A DNA stretch of 64,000 nucleotides from Clostridia bacterium 41_269 (lineage in GTDB: Bacteria; Bacillota; DTU086), in the NCBI GenBank assembly GCA_001508005.1, contig LGEZ01000009.1, forward strand, positions 2,493 through 66,492. Reading direction: 5' to 3'. Position numbers and translations under genes: made by a program. The stretch's first letter is position 1. Each line of letters starts with the position of its first letter. This document shows positions 10,540-20,742 of the stretch, piece after piece. The notes beneath the pieces were generated by a model. It was not told the origin of the DNA. It worked only from the letters and a program-made list of their open reading frames with translations, and did no database searches.

Positions 10540-11016
10540 ATGACGGTGAAAGATCGAGGCGAAATAATCAATTATGTTCAACTGGAGTTTTTAAGTGTAC
10601 CAGAAAATGTAAGCCTTTCACGGGTTGTGGTTGCTTCTTTTGCTGCGCAGCTTGATTTAACTTTGAATGACCTGGAGGAAATAAAAGTTGCAGTTTCAGA
10701 AGCTGTGTCAAATTCGATAATACATGGTTATAATAACAAACCTGTGGGAAAAGTTTATGTAACAGTGATGCGTTACGAAAAGGAATTGGTAATAATAGTA
10801 AAAGATGAGGGTGTTGGTATCAAAGATGTTAAAAAAGCTATGGAGGCAGCGTATTCAACAGATCCTGAAAGAATGGGACTTGGTTTTGTATTTATGAAAT
10901 CCTTTATGGATGAAGTAAATGTTGTATCAGAACCGGGAAAAGGGACCACTGTAGAGTTAGTTAAAAAGTTGGAGTTGCCTAAAAAGACAACCGGTAAACA
11001 GGCTCCAAAGGAATGA
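10540..11016 (+). CDS. spoIIAB: anti-sigma F factor kinase
   Basis: EIKVAVSEAVSNSIIHGY, ERMGLGF. Confidence 0.95.
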   Translation: MTVKDRGEIINYVQLEFLSVPENVSLSRVVVASFAAQLDLTLNDLEEIKVAVSEAVSNSIIHGYNNKPVGKVYVTVMRYEKELVIIVKDEGVGIKDVKKAMEAAYSTDPERMGLGFVFMKSFMDEVNVVSEPGKGTTVELVKKLELPKKTTGKQAPKE

Positions 11017-11022
11017 AGTGCC

Positions 11023-11820
11023 ATGAAGCTATCAGAAATGAACCTTCCCCGTTTTCCCTTACTTTCTGATTCGGAAACAAAAGAACTTTTAAAGAAAGCC
11101 AAAAACGGGGATGAAGAAGCTAGGGAAAAATTAATCAACTGCAACCTTAAATTGGTATTTAATCTAGTTAAAAGATTTGAAAACCGCGGCTGTGAGCTGG
11201 AAGATTTATTCCAGATAGGAACCATTGGACTGATGAAAGCTATTGATAAATTTGATCTGTCCTATGATGTTAAATTTTCCACATATGCTGCTCCTATGAT
11301 TATTGGAGAAATTAGAAGATTTCTTAGGGATGATAATCCTGTAAAAGTTAGTCGTTCTGTTAAAAAAATAGCTTATGAAGTTAACCGCAAAAGGGAAGAA
11401 TTGGCCAAAGAACTTGGAAGGGAACCTTCCATTGGGGAAGTTTCAGAAGCTTTAGGATTGTCCGCTGAAGAAGTGGTTATCGCAATGGAAGCAGTGCAGC
11501 AGCCGAGCTCAATACATGATACTCTTTATCAGGATGACGGAGATCCCATTTACGTGCTTGATCAATTAAGAAGCGATATAGATGATGAATCAGCATGGTT
11601 TGATAAAATAGCGTTGAAAGAAATCCTTTTGAAGCTTCCGGAAAAGCATAGAAAAGTTCTCATACTTAGATTTCTACATGATAAAACTCAAACAGAAGTT
11701 GCAGAAATTGTGGGTCTTTCACAGGTCCAGGTTTCTCGCATTGAACGCCAGGCAATTGCTGCTTTAAGAAAAATGATTTCTGAGGAAGAAGGTATGGATA
11801 AATCTCAAAATATAAAATAA
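11023..11820 (+). CDS. sigF: RNA polymerase sporulation sigma factor F
   Basis: DLFQIGTIGLMKAIDKFD, LSQVQVSRIE; third gene of spoIIA. Confidence 0.95.
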   Translation: MKLSEMNLPRFPLLSDSETKELLKKAKNGDEEAREKLINCNLKLVFNLVKRFENRGCELEDLFQIGTIGLMKAIDKFDLSYDVKFSTYAAPMIIGEIRRFLRDDNPVKVSRSVKKIAYEVNRKREELAKELGREPSIGEVSEALGLSAEEVVIAMEAVQQPSSIHDTLYQDDGDPIYVLDQLRSDIDDESAWFDKIALKEILLKLPEKHRKVLILRFLHDKTQTEVAEIVGLSQVQVSRIERQAIAALRKMISEEEGMDKSQNIK

Positions 11821-11896
11821 AATAAAGTACCTTTCCATCTTTTTTGTAGAATGGTCATGAACAAACTATAAAGGGGGGAATATATCTTCCCCTTTT

Positions 11897-11946
11897 CAGC
11901 TTGCTGGCAAAGGGTCTCTTCAATACAAGACTTTTTAAACAGTCTG
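11897..11946. mobile_element. 50-bp MITE-like IS remnant
   Basis: Imperfect terminal inverted repeats CAGCTTGCTGGCAAAG / CTTTTTAAACAGTCTG between two similar hairpins; left end also present at 2644-2666. Confidence 0.45.
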
Positions 11947-11976
11947 AAAAAAGGGGGAGTATTCCCCTCTTTTTTT
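11947..11976 (+). terminator. intrinsic terminator after sigF
   Basis: AAAAAAGGGGGA-gta-TTCCCCTC followed by T-tract. Confidence 0.7.
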
Positions 11977-12049
11977 ATTCTCTATAAACATCTCCGAATA
12001 ATTGCAGTGGCTGGGGAAAAAAATATTTAGAGGAGGTGAAAAATAGTTT

Positions 12050-12550
12050 ATGGCTGGATTTACGGGCCCAGAAGACACCAGTAGATTAAAAAAGCAGTTT
12101 GACCATTCTAAGAAACAATATGAGCAGGAGAAATATCAAAAAATAGCCCAAAAACATGTTCCAAAAGCTTCTATATTTAGAAATTCCCTTAATGCTTTTC
12201 TTATGGGTGGCTTAATTTGTGCTGTTGCTCAAGCTTTATTTAATTTGATTTCAAGTGCCGGCTTTACGGTAAAAGAAGCCAATACCATTGTAGCAGTGAT
12301 AATGATATTTTTGGGTGCTTTTTTAACAGGAATTGGTATTTATGACAGCATTGCTAAAGTTGGAGGAGCTGGAGCAATGGTTCCCATTACAGGTTTTGCT
12401 AATTCAATTGTAGCTCCAGCTATGGAATTTAAAAAAGAAGGATATATTTTTGGAATTGGAGCCAGGATGTTTTCCACTGCTGGTCCCGTTCTTGTTTATG
12501 GAATTGTTACTTCTATAATTGTAGGATTAATTGCTTTTACCATAATGTAG
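12050..12550 (+). CDS. spoVAC: stage V sporulation protein AC
   Basis: GAGAMVPITGFANSIVAPAMEFKKEG. Confidence 0.95.
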   Translation: MAGFTGPEDTSRLKKQFDHSKKQYEQEKYQKIAQKHVPKASIFRNSLNAFLMGGLICAVAQALFNLISSAGFTVKEANTIVAVIMIFLGAFLTGIGIYDSIAKVGGAGAMVPITGFANSIVAPAMEFKKEGYIFGIGARMFSTAGPVLVYGIVTSIIVGLIAFTIM

Positions 12551-12562
12551 GAGGCAGTATGA

Positions 12563-13582
12563 ATGTTTGAAATAAAAAAAGTAGGTAAGCAGACAATTAA
12601 GTTTGCCAATCCCCCAGTTATTTTGGAAACATCCTCCATAGTCGGGCCAAAAGAAGGAGAAGGCCCTTTAAAGGATACCTTTGATTATATTGCTGATGAT
12701 ATGTATTTTGGTGAAAAAAGCTGGGAACGGGCGGAAAGAAAATTTTTAGAAGAAGCTGTAAAAATCGTTTTGAACAAAAGGAAGCAAACTTCCCAGGATA
12801 TAGATTTTTTATTAGCAGGTGATCTTTTAAATCAAATAATTTCTTCAAATTTTGCTGCCAGTACATTGGGAATACCTTTTTTTGGGCTTTATGGTGCCTG
12901 TTCCACTATGTATGAGGCAATTATTCTGGCTTCCGTTTTGATAGATGGGGGATTTGCCCAAAAAGTAATAGCTGCCACCTCAAGCCATTATGCCACTTCT
13001 GAAAGACAGTTCAGGTATCCCACGGAACAGGCTGTACAAAGGCCTCTTACTGCTCAATGGACTGTCACTGGAGCAGGAGCTATGCTCCTCGGCACTCCCG
13101 ACCAAGGAGAGGGACCCGTTGTAACCTTTGCTACTGTGGGTAGAGCAGTTGATGCCGGAGCAAAAGATCCCATGGATATGGGGTCTGCAATGGCTCCAGC
13201 AGCGGTGGATACCATAATTGCTCATTTAGAGGATACGGGTAGAAGAGTTGAAGATTATGATCTGGTTATAACAGGGGATTTAGGTTCAGTGGGTCGTTCC
13301 ATTGCTATCGAGCTGGCGAACATAAATGGATATGATCTTTCAAAAAATTTTAATGACTGTGGAATTCTTATTTTTAATCCTTCTCAGGATACCCATGCAG
13401 GGGGAAGCGGATGTGCCTGTTCAGCCGTGGTTACCTGCGGCTATATTATGAAAGCCCTTCGTGAGAAAAAGTATAAAAGAATATTGGGCATTGGTACTGG
13501 TGCGCTGATGAGTGTTACCAGCATTCAACGGCAGGAAACCATACCGGCAATAGGACATGCTGTAGCCATAGAAAATGTATGA
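12563..13582 (+). CDS. spoVAD: stage V sporulation protein AD
   Basis: VGPKEGEGPL, GDLLNQ, GACST, GGSGCACSA. Confidence 0.95.
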   Translation: MFEIKKVGKQTIKFANPPVILETSSIVGPKEGEGPLKDTFDYIADDMYFGEKSWERAERKFLEEAVKIVLNKRKQTSQDIDFLLAGDLLNQIISSNFAASTLGIPFFGLYGACSTMYEAIILASVLIDGGFAQKVIAATSSHYATSERQFRYPTEQAVQRPLTAQWTVTGAGAMLLGTPDQGEGPVVTFATVGRAVDAGAKDPMDMGSAMAPAAVDTIIAHLEDTGRRVEDYDLVITGDLGSVGRSIAIELANINGYDLSKNFNDCGILIFNPSQDTHAGGSGCACSAVVTCGYIMKALREKKYKRILGIGTGALMSVTSIQRQETIPAIGHAVAIENV

Positions 13583-13602
13583 AGTTAAAAGAGGTGAATA
13601 AA

Positions 13603-13959
13603 GTGTCTTTGCTGTGGGCCTTTTTAATTGGTGGTGCCATTTGCCTTGCAGGACAGTTAATAATGGATCTCACCCCTTATGAAATATCTACTGGTCATGT
13701 TTTGGTGGGCTATGTTACTTTAGGAGCTTTAGCAAGTGCTCTTGGATTGTATCAGCCTTTAGTTGATATTGGTGGGGCTGGTGCTACCATTCCTCTGTCA
13801 GGATTTGGCCATGGACTGGTTCAGGGGGTTCTCAGCAGCATTAAAAACCAGGGCATAATGGGTGTATTCATGGGAGGTATTGCTGCAAATGCTGCGGGTA
13901 TAGCAGCAGCAGTTATTTTTGGCTACATCATGGCTGTGTTATTCAATCCGAAAGGGTAA
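13603..13959 (+). CDS. spoVAEB: stage V sporulation protein AEb
   Basis: AFLIGGAICLAGQ, GAGATIPLSGFG, FNPKG; GTG 13603 after GAGGTGA. Confidence 0.9.
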   Translation: MSLLWAFLIGGAICLAGQLIMDLTPYEISTGHVLVGYVTLGALASALGLYQPLVDIGGAGATIPLSGFGHGLVQGVLSSIKNQGIMGVFMGGIAANAAGIAAAVIFGYIMAVLFNPKG

Positions 13960-13965
13960 TGAAAA

Positions 13966-14541
13966 ATGAAGAAACGAAAGGTAATAATAATTACGGATGG
14001 AGATGAAACAGCTCGTGCATCAGTGGAAGTAGTAGCACGAAAAGTTGGAGGAAGATGCATATCCCTTTCCGGCATTGCTTCAAAACCTCTTACAGGTAAA
14101 GAAATAGTGGAGCTCATTTTAAAAGCTCCAAAGGAACCTGTTTTTGTTATGGTGGATGATAAAGGTTTAAGTGCCCAAGGAATGGGAGAATGGATATTGA
14201 CGTTCATAGCTCGGCACCCTGCAATAGAAGTTATTGGAGCTGTTGCAGTGGCTTCTAATACAAAAAAGATTGATGGAACACCGGTGGATTTTTCTATAAC
14301 AAAAACGGGAGAAAAAACTGACTTACCTGTTGATAAATATGGAAATTCGGTTCCCACTGAAGGAGTTTTAAAAGGAGATACTGTGGATGTTTTAAAAGAG
14401 CTTAATATTCCCATTGTGGTTGGAACAGGGGATATAGGGAAACAGGATGGGGCAGATGATTTAAGTAAACAGGCTCCGGTAACCTTAGAAGCAGTAGAGG
14501 AAATCCTTAATAGGAGTGGTTTTTTTAATGGCAGTAACTGA
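13966..14541 (+). CDS. spoVAEA: stage V sporulation protein AEa
   Basis: IITDGD, GGRCIS, VMVDDKG, VAVASNT, GDIGK. Confidence 0.85.
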   Translation: MKKRKVIIITDGDETARASVEVVARKVGGRCISLSGIASKPLTGKEIVELILKAPKEPVFVMVDDKGLSAQGMGEWILTFIARHPAIEVIGAVAVASNTKKIDGTPVDFSITKTGEKTDLPVDKYGNSVPTEGVLKGDTVDVLKELNIPIVVGTGDIGKQDGADDLSKQAPVTLEAVEEILNRSGFFNGSN

Positions 14542-16099
14542 TGGGAAAGTTAAGACCTCAAAAAATCTTGAGCGAAATTCTGATTGGCTGAGTCAGGAGC
14601 TGGGAGTAGATAGGAGTTTTGATGTTATTAGACGTGACATTAATATAGCCAACAGGAAGGCAGCAATATTCTTTATCGATGGATTTATTAAGGATAGTGT
14701 TATGGAGAGGGTTTTGAGCGTCTTAAATACTATTGATCCCCAAGAAATTAGACCCTCTGCCTTTAAAAAAATTTTTCAAAAGTATCTTACATATATAGAA
14801 GTGGAGACAACTGATGATCTTCATGAAGTTGTTGATAAAGTGCTGGCAGGGCCAGCTGCTCTGTTAATTGACGGAATTGATGAAGTCATAATAATTGATG
14901 CAAGGGAATATCCCATAAGAAATCCTGAGGAACCTAATCTTGAAAGGGTTATTAGGGGTTCCAGAGATGGCTTTGTTGAAACCATTGTCTTTAATACTGC
15001 CCTGATACGAAGACGAATAAGAGATCCGAAATTAAGGATGGAAATGCTGCAGGTTGGCAGTCGTTCTAAAACAGATGTATGTGTGTGCTATATAGAGGAT
15101 ATTGCCAGTCCCAAATTAGTTGAAATGGTAAAAGAAAAAATCGCTAATATAAAAATCGACGGTATCCCTATGGCAGAAAAATCCATTGAAGAGCTTATAG
15201 CACCAGGCAGTTATTGGAATTTTTTTCCCAAAGTAAGGTACACAGAGCGTCCTGATGTTGCAGCCAATCATCTTTTAGAAGGGCATGTATTAATTATTGT
15301 GGATACTTCTCCGAGCATAATGATACTTCCGGCAACGTTGTGGCATCATCTTCAGCATGCCGAGGAATTTCGTCAGTCACCTACACTGGGTGTCTTTATT
15401 AGATGGCTTAGATATGCTGCTGTGTTTTTGTCTGTTTTTTTAATGCCCACATGGCTTCTATTTGCCTCTAATCCCCAGTACTTGCCGGAGATGTTGAAAT
15501 TTATTGGTCCATCTAAACCCGGCAAAATAAATCTAGCAGTTCAGTTTCTTTTAGCAGAAATGGGTATAAATCTCATGCGTATGGCAGCTATTCATACCCC
15601 TGATGCATTAACAACTTCCCTTGGAATAATTGCAGCAGTACTAATTGGTGATGTTGCTATTTCTGTGGGTTTATTTTCTCCAGAAGTGGTTCTGTACACT
15701 GCTATTGCGGCAGTTTCTATTTTTGCAACTCCGAGCTTTGAACTGGGAGCAGCAAATACATTGTTAAGAATAATGCTTTTGGTTGGCACAGGCCTTTTCG
15801 GATTAGCTGGTTTCTTAGGGGCGGCAGTTATTGTTTTTTTAATTCTGCTTACAACAAAGTCCTTTGGGGTTCCTTATCTCTGGCCTCTAATTCCTTTAAA
15901 TATCAGGGCATTGAGGGATATTTTTGTATGGCCTCCTGTGCCTGCAATAAGTCTTCGTATATTTGCTCCCCATTATAGGGATAAAACAAGGCAGGCGTCC
16001 CCTGTGGGAGCTTATGCAAAACCCATTCCAGAGGAAATGCCTGAAGTTAAAAAGCCAAGAAGAAAAAATAGAAAAAAGAGAAAAATTATAAAACTTTAA
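14528..16099 (+). CDS. spoVAF: stage V sporulation protein AF (GerA family)
   Basis: RGSRDGFVET, NTALIRRRI, TERPD; ATG 14528 after AGGAGTGG. Confidence 0.92.
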   Translation: MAVTDGKVKTSKNLERNSDWLSQELGVDRSFDVIRRDINIANRKAAIFFIDGFIKDSVMERVLSVLNTIDPQEIRPSAFKKIFQKYLTYIEVETTDDLHEVVDKVLAGPAALLIDGIDEVIIIDAREYPIRNPEEPNLERVIRGSRDGFVETIVFNTALIRRRIRDPKLRMEMLQVGSRSKTDVCVCYIEDIASPKLVEMVKEKIANIKIDGIPMAEKSIEELIAPGSYWNFFPKVRYTERPDVAANHLLEGHVLIIVDTSPSIMILPATLWHHLQHAEEFRQSPTLGVFIRWLRYAAVFLSVFLMPTWLLFASNPQYLPEMLKFIGPSKPGKINLAVQFLLAEMGINLMRMAAIHTPDALTTSLGIIAAVLIGDVAISVGLFSPEVVLYTAIAAVSIFATPSFELGAANTLLRIMLLVGTGLFGLAGFLGAAVIVFLILLTTKSFGVPYLWPLIPLNIRALRDIFVWPPVPAISLRIFAPHYRDKTRQASPVGAYAKPIPEEMPEVKKPRRKNRKKRKIIKL

Positions 16100-16173
16100 A
16101 GCAAAAACTAATGAATAAAAATACCAAAATTAGTAAATAATAGTTTTGAAGTTTTAAATGAAGGAGAGCAGCG

Positions 16174-17208
16174 ATGTCAGTAAAAGTTGGAATACCCAGG
16201 GCTCTTTTTTATTATTATCTTTTTCCTTTCTGGAAAGCATTTTTTGAATATTTAGGAGCCGAGGTTGTTGTTTCTCCCCCAACCAATAAGCAAATTTTGA
16301 ATATAGGAGTTAAGACATCTGTTGATGAAGCATGTCTTCCTGTAAAAGTATATTACGGGCATGTAATTTCTTTAAGGGATAGGGTTGATTTATTATTTTT
16401 ACCACGGCTGGTGAGTATTGAAAAGAAAGCATATATCTGCCCTAAATTTATGGGTCTTCCCGATATGATCCGTTCCACCCTGTCGGGGCTCCCACCTATT
16501 ATTGATGTGAATTTTAATGCTGTCAAAGGGCATAGGGCTTACAAAAAAACAGTTTTAAAGTTGGGCAGTAATTTTTGCAGCAGCTTGAGAAAAATAAATA
16601 GAGCTTGGGTTGAAGCAGTACGGCATCAAAAAGAATTTGAAGAGCTGCAGACTTATGGTTTTTCCCCCATTGAAGCTCTTAGGGTTTTGCAGGAAGGCAG
16701 GAAAGAAAAGAAAAAGAAAAAAATTTTTGATTTTTCCCATGAAATTGCTGTTTTAGGGCATGGATATACCATATATGATGATTTCTTGAGTCTTAATACT
16801 ATCAAACATTTGAATGATTTAGGAGCAAAAATTAGCACGGCAGAAAACCTGCCCATAAATTTGCTTGAAGAAAAAGCAGAAAAACTTCCAAAAAGAATGT
16901 TTTGGACCATGGGGAAGAGGATTCTAGGAGCCGCACTCCATTATTTAGAAAGTTCTCAAATTGATGGTTTTGTATATGTTACGGTTTTTGGCTGTGGTCC
17001 TGATTCGGTAATTGCTGATTTGACTGAACGCTACGCCCGAAGACGGGGAATGCCTTTTATCCTTATTACTCTAGATGAACATTCAGGGGAAGCTGGAGTA
17101 ATAACCAGACTTGAAGCTTTTGTAGATATGCTTGCAAGGAGAGGTAAACATGAAAATTACTTTTCCTCATATGGGAAATCTGTGGATATCTGCCAAAGTA
17201 CTTCTTGA
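16174..17208 (+). CDS. acyl-CoA dehydratase activase-related protein (DUF2229-like)
   Basis: VGIPRAL, EACLPVK, CPKFMGLPD, FGCGPD, DEHSGEAGVITRLEAF. Confidence 0.8.
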   Translation: MSVKVGIPRALFYYYLFPFWKAFFEYLGAEVVVSPPTNKQILNIGVKTSVDEACLPVKVYYGHVISLRDRVDLLFLPRLVSIEKKAYICPKFMGLPDMIRSTLSGLPPIIDVNFNAVKGHRAYKKTVLKLGSNFCSSLRKINRAWVEAVRHQKEFEELQTYGFSPIEALRVLQEGRKEKKKKKIFDFSHEIAVLGHGYTIYDDFLSLNTIKHLNDLGAKISTAENLPINLLEEKAEKLPKRMFWTMGKRILGAALHYLESSQIDGFVYVTVFGCGPDSVIADLTERYARRRGMPFILITLDEHSGEAGVITRLEAFVDMLARRGKHENYFSSYGKSVDICQSTS

Positions 17209-18247
17209 AGGATTGGGATTGGAAGTTGTGGTTCCTCCCCCTTGTACCAAGAAAACCCTGAGTTTAGGTGTTCTGCATGCCCCTGAATTTATATGTCTGC
17301 CTTTAAAAATTAATTTGGGCAATTATATGGAAGCAGCAGAAAAGGGTGCGGATACCATTATTATAGCTGGAGGGAGAGGACCATGCCGATTTGGTTACTA
17401 CTGCAGACTGGAAAAGGAGATATTAGATGACTTGGGATATGAGTTTAGAATGATAGTTTTGGAACCCCCTGAGAATAATTTTTTGGAAGTAATACAAAAT
17501 ATTCGAGCTTTGTCAAAGTGCAGCATGTTTCAGATGATAAATGCTGTTAGAACTGCCTGGTTTAAGTGCTGTGCGGTGGATGAAGTTGAAAAAAAAGTTC
17601 AGATAGTTCGGGCTTGGGAAAGCTGTCCAGGCTTAGCTGATAAGATTTACAGGGAAGCTTTAAAAAATATTGATAAAGCTCAGACGATTAAAGAAATTTT
17701 TTTTGCAAAACTTAATGTTTTGGAAGCTTTTAATGATGTTCCTGTGGAACCTGAGCGTGAAGTTATACGCTTAGCCCTGGTAGGAGAAATATATACCATA
17801 TTAGAACCCTTTGCAAATCAGAATATTGAAAGGCATTTAGGAAAGCTGGGAGCAGAAGTTAAAAGATCAATTTATTTGAGCAGTTGGGTAAACGATCACC
17901 TTCTAGGCAGTATTCTCCCAATGGAAAGTACTAAAGAGGCATGCAGGATGTCTTCTCCTTATTTAAACTATTTTGTGGGAGGACATGGAAAAGAAACAGT
18001 GGGCAGTGCTGTTAAATTTTCTCGTGAAGGATTCGATGGAATAATTCAAATTGCACCCCTGACATGTGGTCCTGAGATAGTAGCGGAATCTATTCTTTCT
18101 AAGGTTTCCTTTAGCGAAAAAATTCCTGTTATGACCATATATATGGACGAGCAGTCAGGTGAAGCAGGACTTATAACACGACTGGAAGCTTTTGTGGATA
18201 TGATCCGACGCAAAAAGTTGTCCCAAAAAACAGCAACCCGTAAATAA
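17150..18247 (+). CDS. 2-hydroxyacyl-CoA dehydratase component-like / CoA protein activase
   Basis: PEFICLPLK, GPCRFGYY, LVGEIY, PLTCGPE, DEQSGEAGLITRLEAF. Confidence 0.78.
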   Translation: MKITFPHMGNLWISAKVLLEGLGLEVVVPPPCTKKTLSLGVLHAPEFICLPLKINLGNYMEAAEKGADTIIIAGGRGPCRFGYYCRLEKEILDDLGYEFRMIVLEPPENNFLEVIQNIRALSKCSMFQMINAVRTAWFKCCAVDEVEKKVQIVRAWESCPGLADKIYREALKNIDKAQTIKEIFFAKLNVLEAFNDVPVEPEREVIRLALVGEIYTILEPFANQNIERHLGKLGAEVKRSIYLSSWVNDHLLGSILPMESTKEACRMSSPYLNYFVGGHGKETVGSAVKFSREGFDGIIQIAPLTCGPEIVAESILSKVSFSEKIPVMTIYMDEQSGEAGLITRLEAFVDMIRRKKLSQKTATRK

Positions 18248-18262
18248 AAGGGGGTATTTCCC

Positions 18263-19261
18263 ATGAAATCATACATGGGAATAGATGTCGGCTCAGTAAG
18301 CACTAATATTGTGCTGTTAGACGACAAAGGGGATTTAATTGAAAAGCTGTATGTTAGAACCAATGGGCAGCCCATAAATGCTGTTCAAAAAGGTCTTAAA
18401 AAAATTGAAGAAAAGATTAAAGCCAATGGTTGGGATGTTGAAATTGCTGGTGTAGGTACTACCGGAAGCGGAAGGAAGCTTGCTGCTGTCATAGTTGGGG
18501 CTGATGTTGTTAAAAATGAAATAACAGCCCATGCAGTAGCAGCAATGAATGCTGTGCCCGAAGTCCAAACAGTGATTGAAATTGGAGGGCAGGATTCAAA
18601 AATTATAATAATCCGCAATAGAGTTGTTGCAGATTTTGCAATGAATACAGTTTGCGCTGCAGGCACAGGTTCCTTTCTTGATCAGCAGGCTGCAAGGCTC
18701 AGCTTAACCATAGAAAAGTTCAGCAGGATGGCGTTAAATGCTCAGACTCCTGTGAGAATAGCAGGTAGATGTTCTGTTTTTGCTGAATCGGATATGATAC
18801 ACAAACAGCAGATGGGACATAATCTTCCGGACATTATTGCAGGGCTTTGCGATGCATTGGTTCGAAATCATCTTAATAATGTAGGGAAAGGAAAAGAAAT
18901 ACTGAGCCCAATAGTTTTCCAGGGCGGTGTTGCAGCTAACGAAGGCATGAGGGAAGCTTTCCGAAAAGCTTTGGACGCTGAAATTATTATTCCAGAGAAT
19001 TTTGAGGTAATGGGAGCTATAGGAGCTGCACTATTAGCTCGGGAAAAAATGCTTCAAAATAAAGATATTAAAACGGCGTTTAAAGGTTTTAGTACAATAA
19101 ACTGTGATTTAAAAGTTAGGGGATTTGAATGCAGCGAGTGTCCAAATTTATGTGAAGTGGTAGAAATATACGAGAATTTACAGATTTTAGCCCGCTGGGG
19201 CGACCGCTGTGGAAAGTGGACGGAAGGAATTCAAGAGCAAAAAAATGTTAATTTTAACTGA
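18263..19261 (+). CDS. acyl-CoA dehydratase activase (BadF/BadG/BcrA/BcrD ATPase)
   Basis: GIDVGSVST, EIGGQDSK, MNTVCAAGTGSFL, RCSVFAESD; C-terminal Cys cluster CSECPNLC. Confidence 0.88.
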   Translation: MKSYMGIDVGSVSTNIVLLDDKGDLIEKLYVRTNGQPINAVQKGLKKIEEKIKANGWDVEIAGVGTTGSGRKLAAVIVGADVVKNEITAHAVAAMNAVPEVQTVIEIGGQDSKIIIIRNRVVADFAMNTVCAAGTGSFLDQQAARLSLTIEKFSRMALNAQTPVRIAGRCSVFAESDMIHKQQMGHNLPDIIAGLCDALVRNHLNNVGKGKEILSPIVFQGGVAANEGMREAFRKALDAEIIIPENFEVMGAIGAALLAREKMLQNKDIKTAFKGFSTINCDLKVRGFECSECPNLCEVVEIYENLQILARWGDRCGKWTEGIQEQKNVNFN

Positions 19262-19279
19262 TCTGCGGTTTTTATACCC

Positions 19280-19308
19280 TTTACAAGGGAGTTTATTTCC
19301 TGTAGAAT
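19280..19308 (+). promoter_or_regulatory. sigmaA-like promoter of trpB2
   Basis: TTTACA-N17-TAGAAT. Confidence 0.55.
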
Positions 19309-19337
19309 TACACTATAATTTTAATTTTTATATATAA

Positions 19338-19374
19338 AAGCTGAGAAGAGAGGAGAGGAGAAAGTTGAGAGGAG
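19338..19374 (+). promoter_or_regulatory. NAG-repeat (TRAP-type) site over trpB2 RBS and start codon
   Basis: AAG ct GAG aa GAG ag GAG ag GAG a AAG tt GAG ag GAG. Confidence 0.7.
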
Positions 19375-20678
19375 AAGAAAAATTTACAAAAATTGTGCTG
19401 AACGAAGAGGAAATACCTACAAAGTGGTACAACATTCAGGCAGATATGCCTAAACTGCCGGATCCACCTTTGAATCCAGCAACCCGCGAGCCCATTAAGC
19501 CTGAAGATCTGTCTCACCTTTTTCCCATGGAATTAATTGAACAAGAAGTCAGCACAGAAAGATACATTGAAATACCCGAGGAAGTGCAGAACCTCTATCG
19601 CTTATGGAGGCCAACTCCCCTTATAAGAGCCCGCAGACTTGAAAAAGCTCTAGATACGCCTGCAAAAATATTTTATAAGTATGAAGGAGTAAGTCCGGCA
19701 GGGAGCCACAAACTTAATACTTCTATTCCCCAAGCATATTACAACAAGCGGGAAGGTATAAAAAGAATTACAACCGAAACAGGGGCAGGACAGTGGGGTA
19801 GCGCCCTGAGCATGTCGTGTAATTTTTTTGGAATGGAATGCGTAGTTTATATGGTTCGTGTGAGTTATGATCAAAAACCTTACCGCAGAACCTTTATGCA
19901 GGTTTTTGGTGCTCAGGTTGTTCCCAGTCCCAGCCAGCGTACAAAGGCTGGAAGAAAGGCTCTGGAGTTAGATCCCAATACTCCAGGAAGCCTGGGCCTA
20001 GCCATAAGTGAAGCTGTAGAAGAAGCTGCTTCAAGGGATGATACAGCTTATTCCCTTGGCAGCGTGTTAAATCATGTTGTGCTGCACCAGACCGTTATTG
20101 GACAAGAAGTTAAAGCGCAGATGGAAAAGGTTGATGCATACCCTGATATAATAATTGGCTGCTGTGGAGGAGGAAGTAATTTTGCAGGTTTGGCTTTTCC
20201 TTTTATAAAAGATAAATTTGAAGGTAAAAAAATTAAGGTTATTGCTGTAGAACCTGCTGCTTGTCCCACATTAACCCAAGGAAGCTTTCAATATGACTAT
20301 GGAGGTACAGCAAAGATGACCCCTTTAATGAAAATGTACACCCTGGGGTATGATTTTGTTCCTTCAGGCATACATGCAGGGGGATTAAGATATCATGGCG
20401 AATCCCCATTGGTAAGCCAGCTGTATCATGATGGATATATAGAAGCTGTTTCATACAAGCAGACTGAAATTTTTGAGGCTGCAGTTACCTTTGCTAAAAA
20501 TGAAGGCATAATTCCGGCTCCAGAAAGTGCCCATGCTATAAAAGCAGCAATAGATGAAGCATTGAAATGCCGCGAGGCAGGAGAATCTAAAAATATTGTA
20601 TTTGGATTAAGCGGCCATGGCTATTTTGATATGTCGGCTTATGATGCTTATTTAAGCGGTTCCCTGATGGATGTATAG
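19365..20678 (+). CDS. trpB2: tryptophan synthase beta chain, TrpB2 type
   Basis: [44 protein letters not shown]. Confidence 0.93.
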   Translation: MRGEEKFTKIVLNEEEIPTKWYNIQADMPKLPDPPLNPATREPIKPEDLSHLFPMELIEQEVSTERYIEIPEEVQNLYRLWRPTPLIRARRLEKALDTPAKIFYKYEGVSPAGSHKLNTSIPQAYYNKREGIKRITTETGAGQWGSALSMSCNFFGMECVVYMVRVSYDQKPYRRTFMQVFGAQVVPSPSQRTKAGRKALELDPNTPGSLGLAISEAVEEAASRDDTAYSLGSVLNHVVLHQTVIGQEVKAQMEKVDAYPDIIIGCCGGGSNFAGLAFPFIKDKFEGKKIKVIAVEPAACPTLTQGSFQYDYGGTAKMTPLMKMYTLGYDFVPSGIHAGGLRYHGESPLVSQLYHDGYIEAVSYKQTEIFEAAVTFAKNEGIIPAPESAHAIKAAIDEALKCREAGESKNIVFGLSGHGYFDMSAYDAYLSGSLMDV

Positions 20679-20742
20679 ATGTATAAATTTATGTATTAAC
20701 TTATTGTATATTTAGCTCCAGCTAAAAATGTTTTATAATATC

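Noticed and set aside
20292..20312. TrpB2 YDYGGT where I recall YDxGDT
   Set aside because: Single-base difference that cannot be told from a variant or read error without alignment
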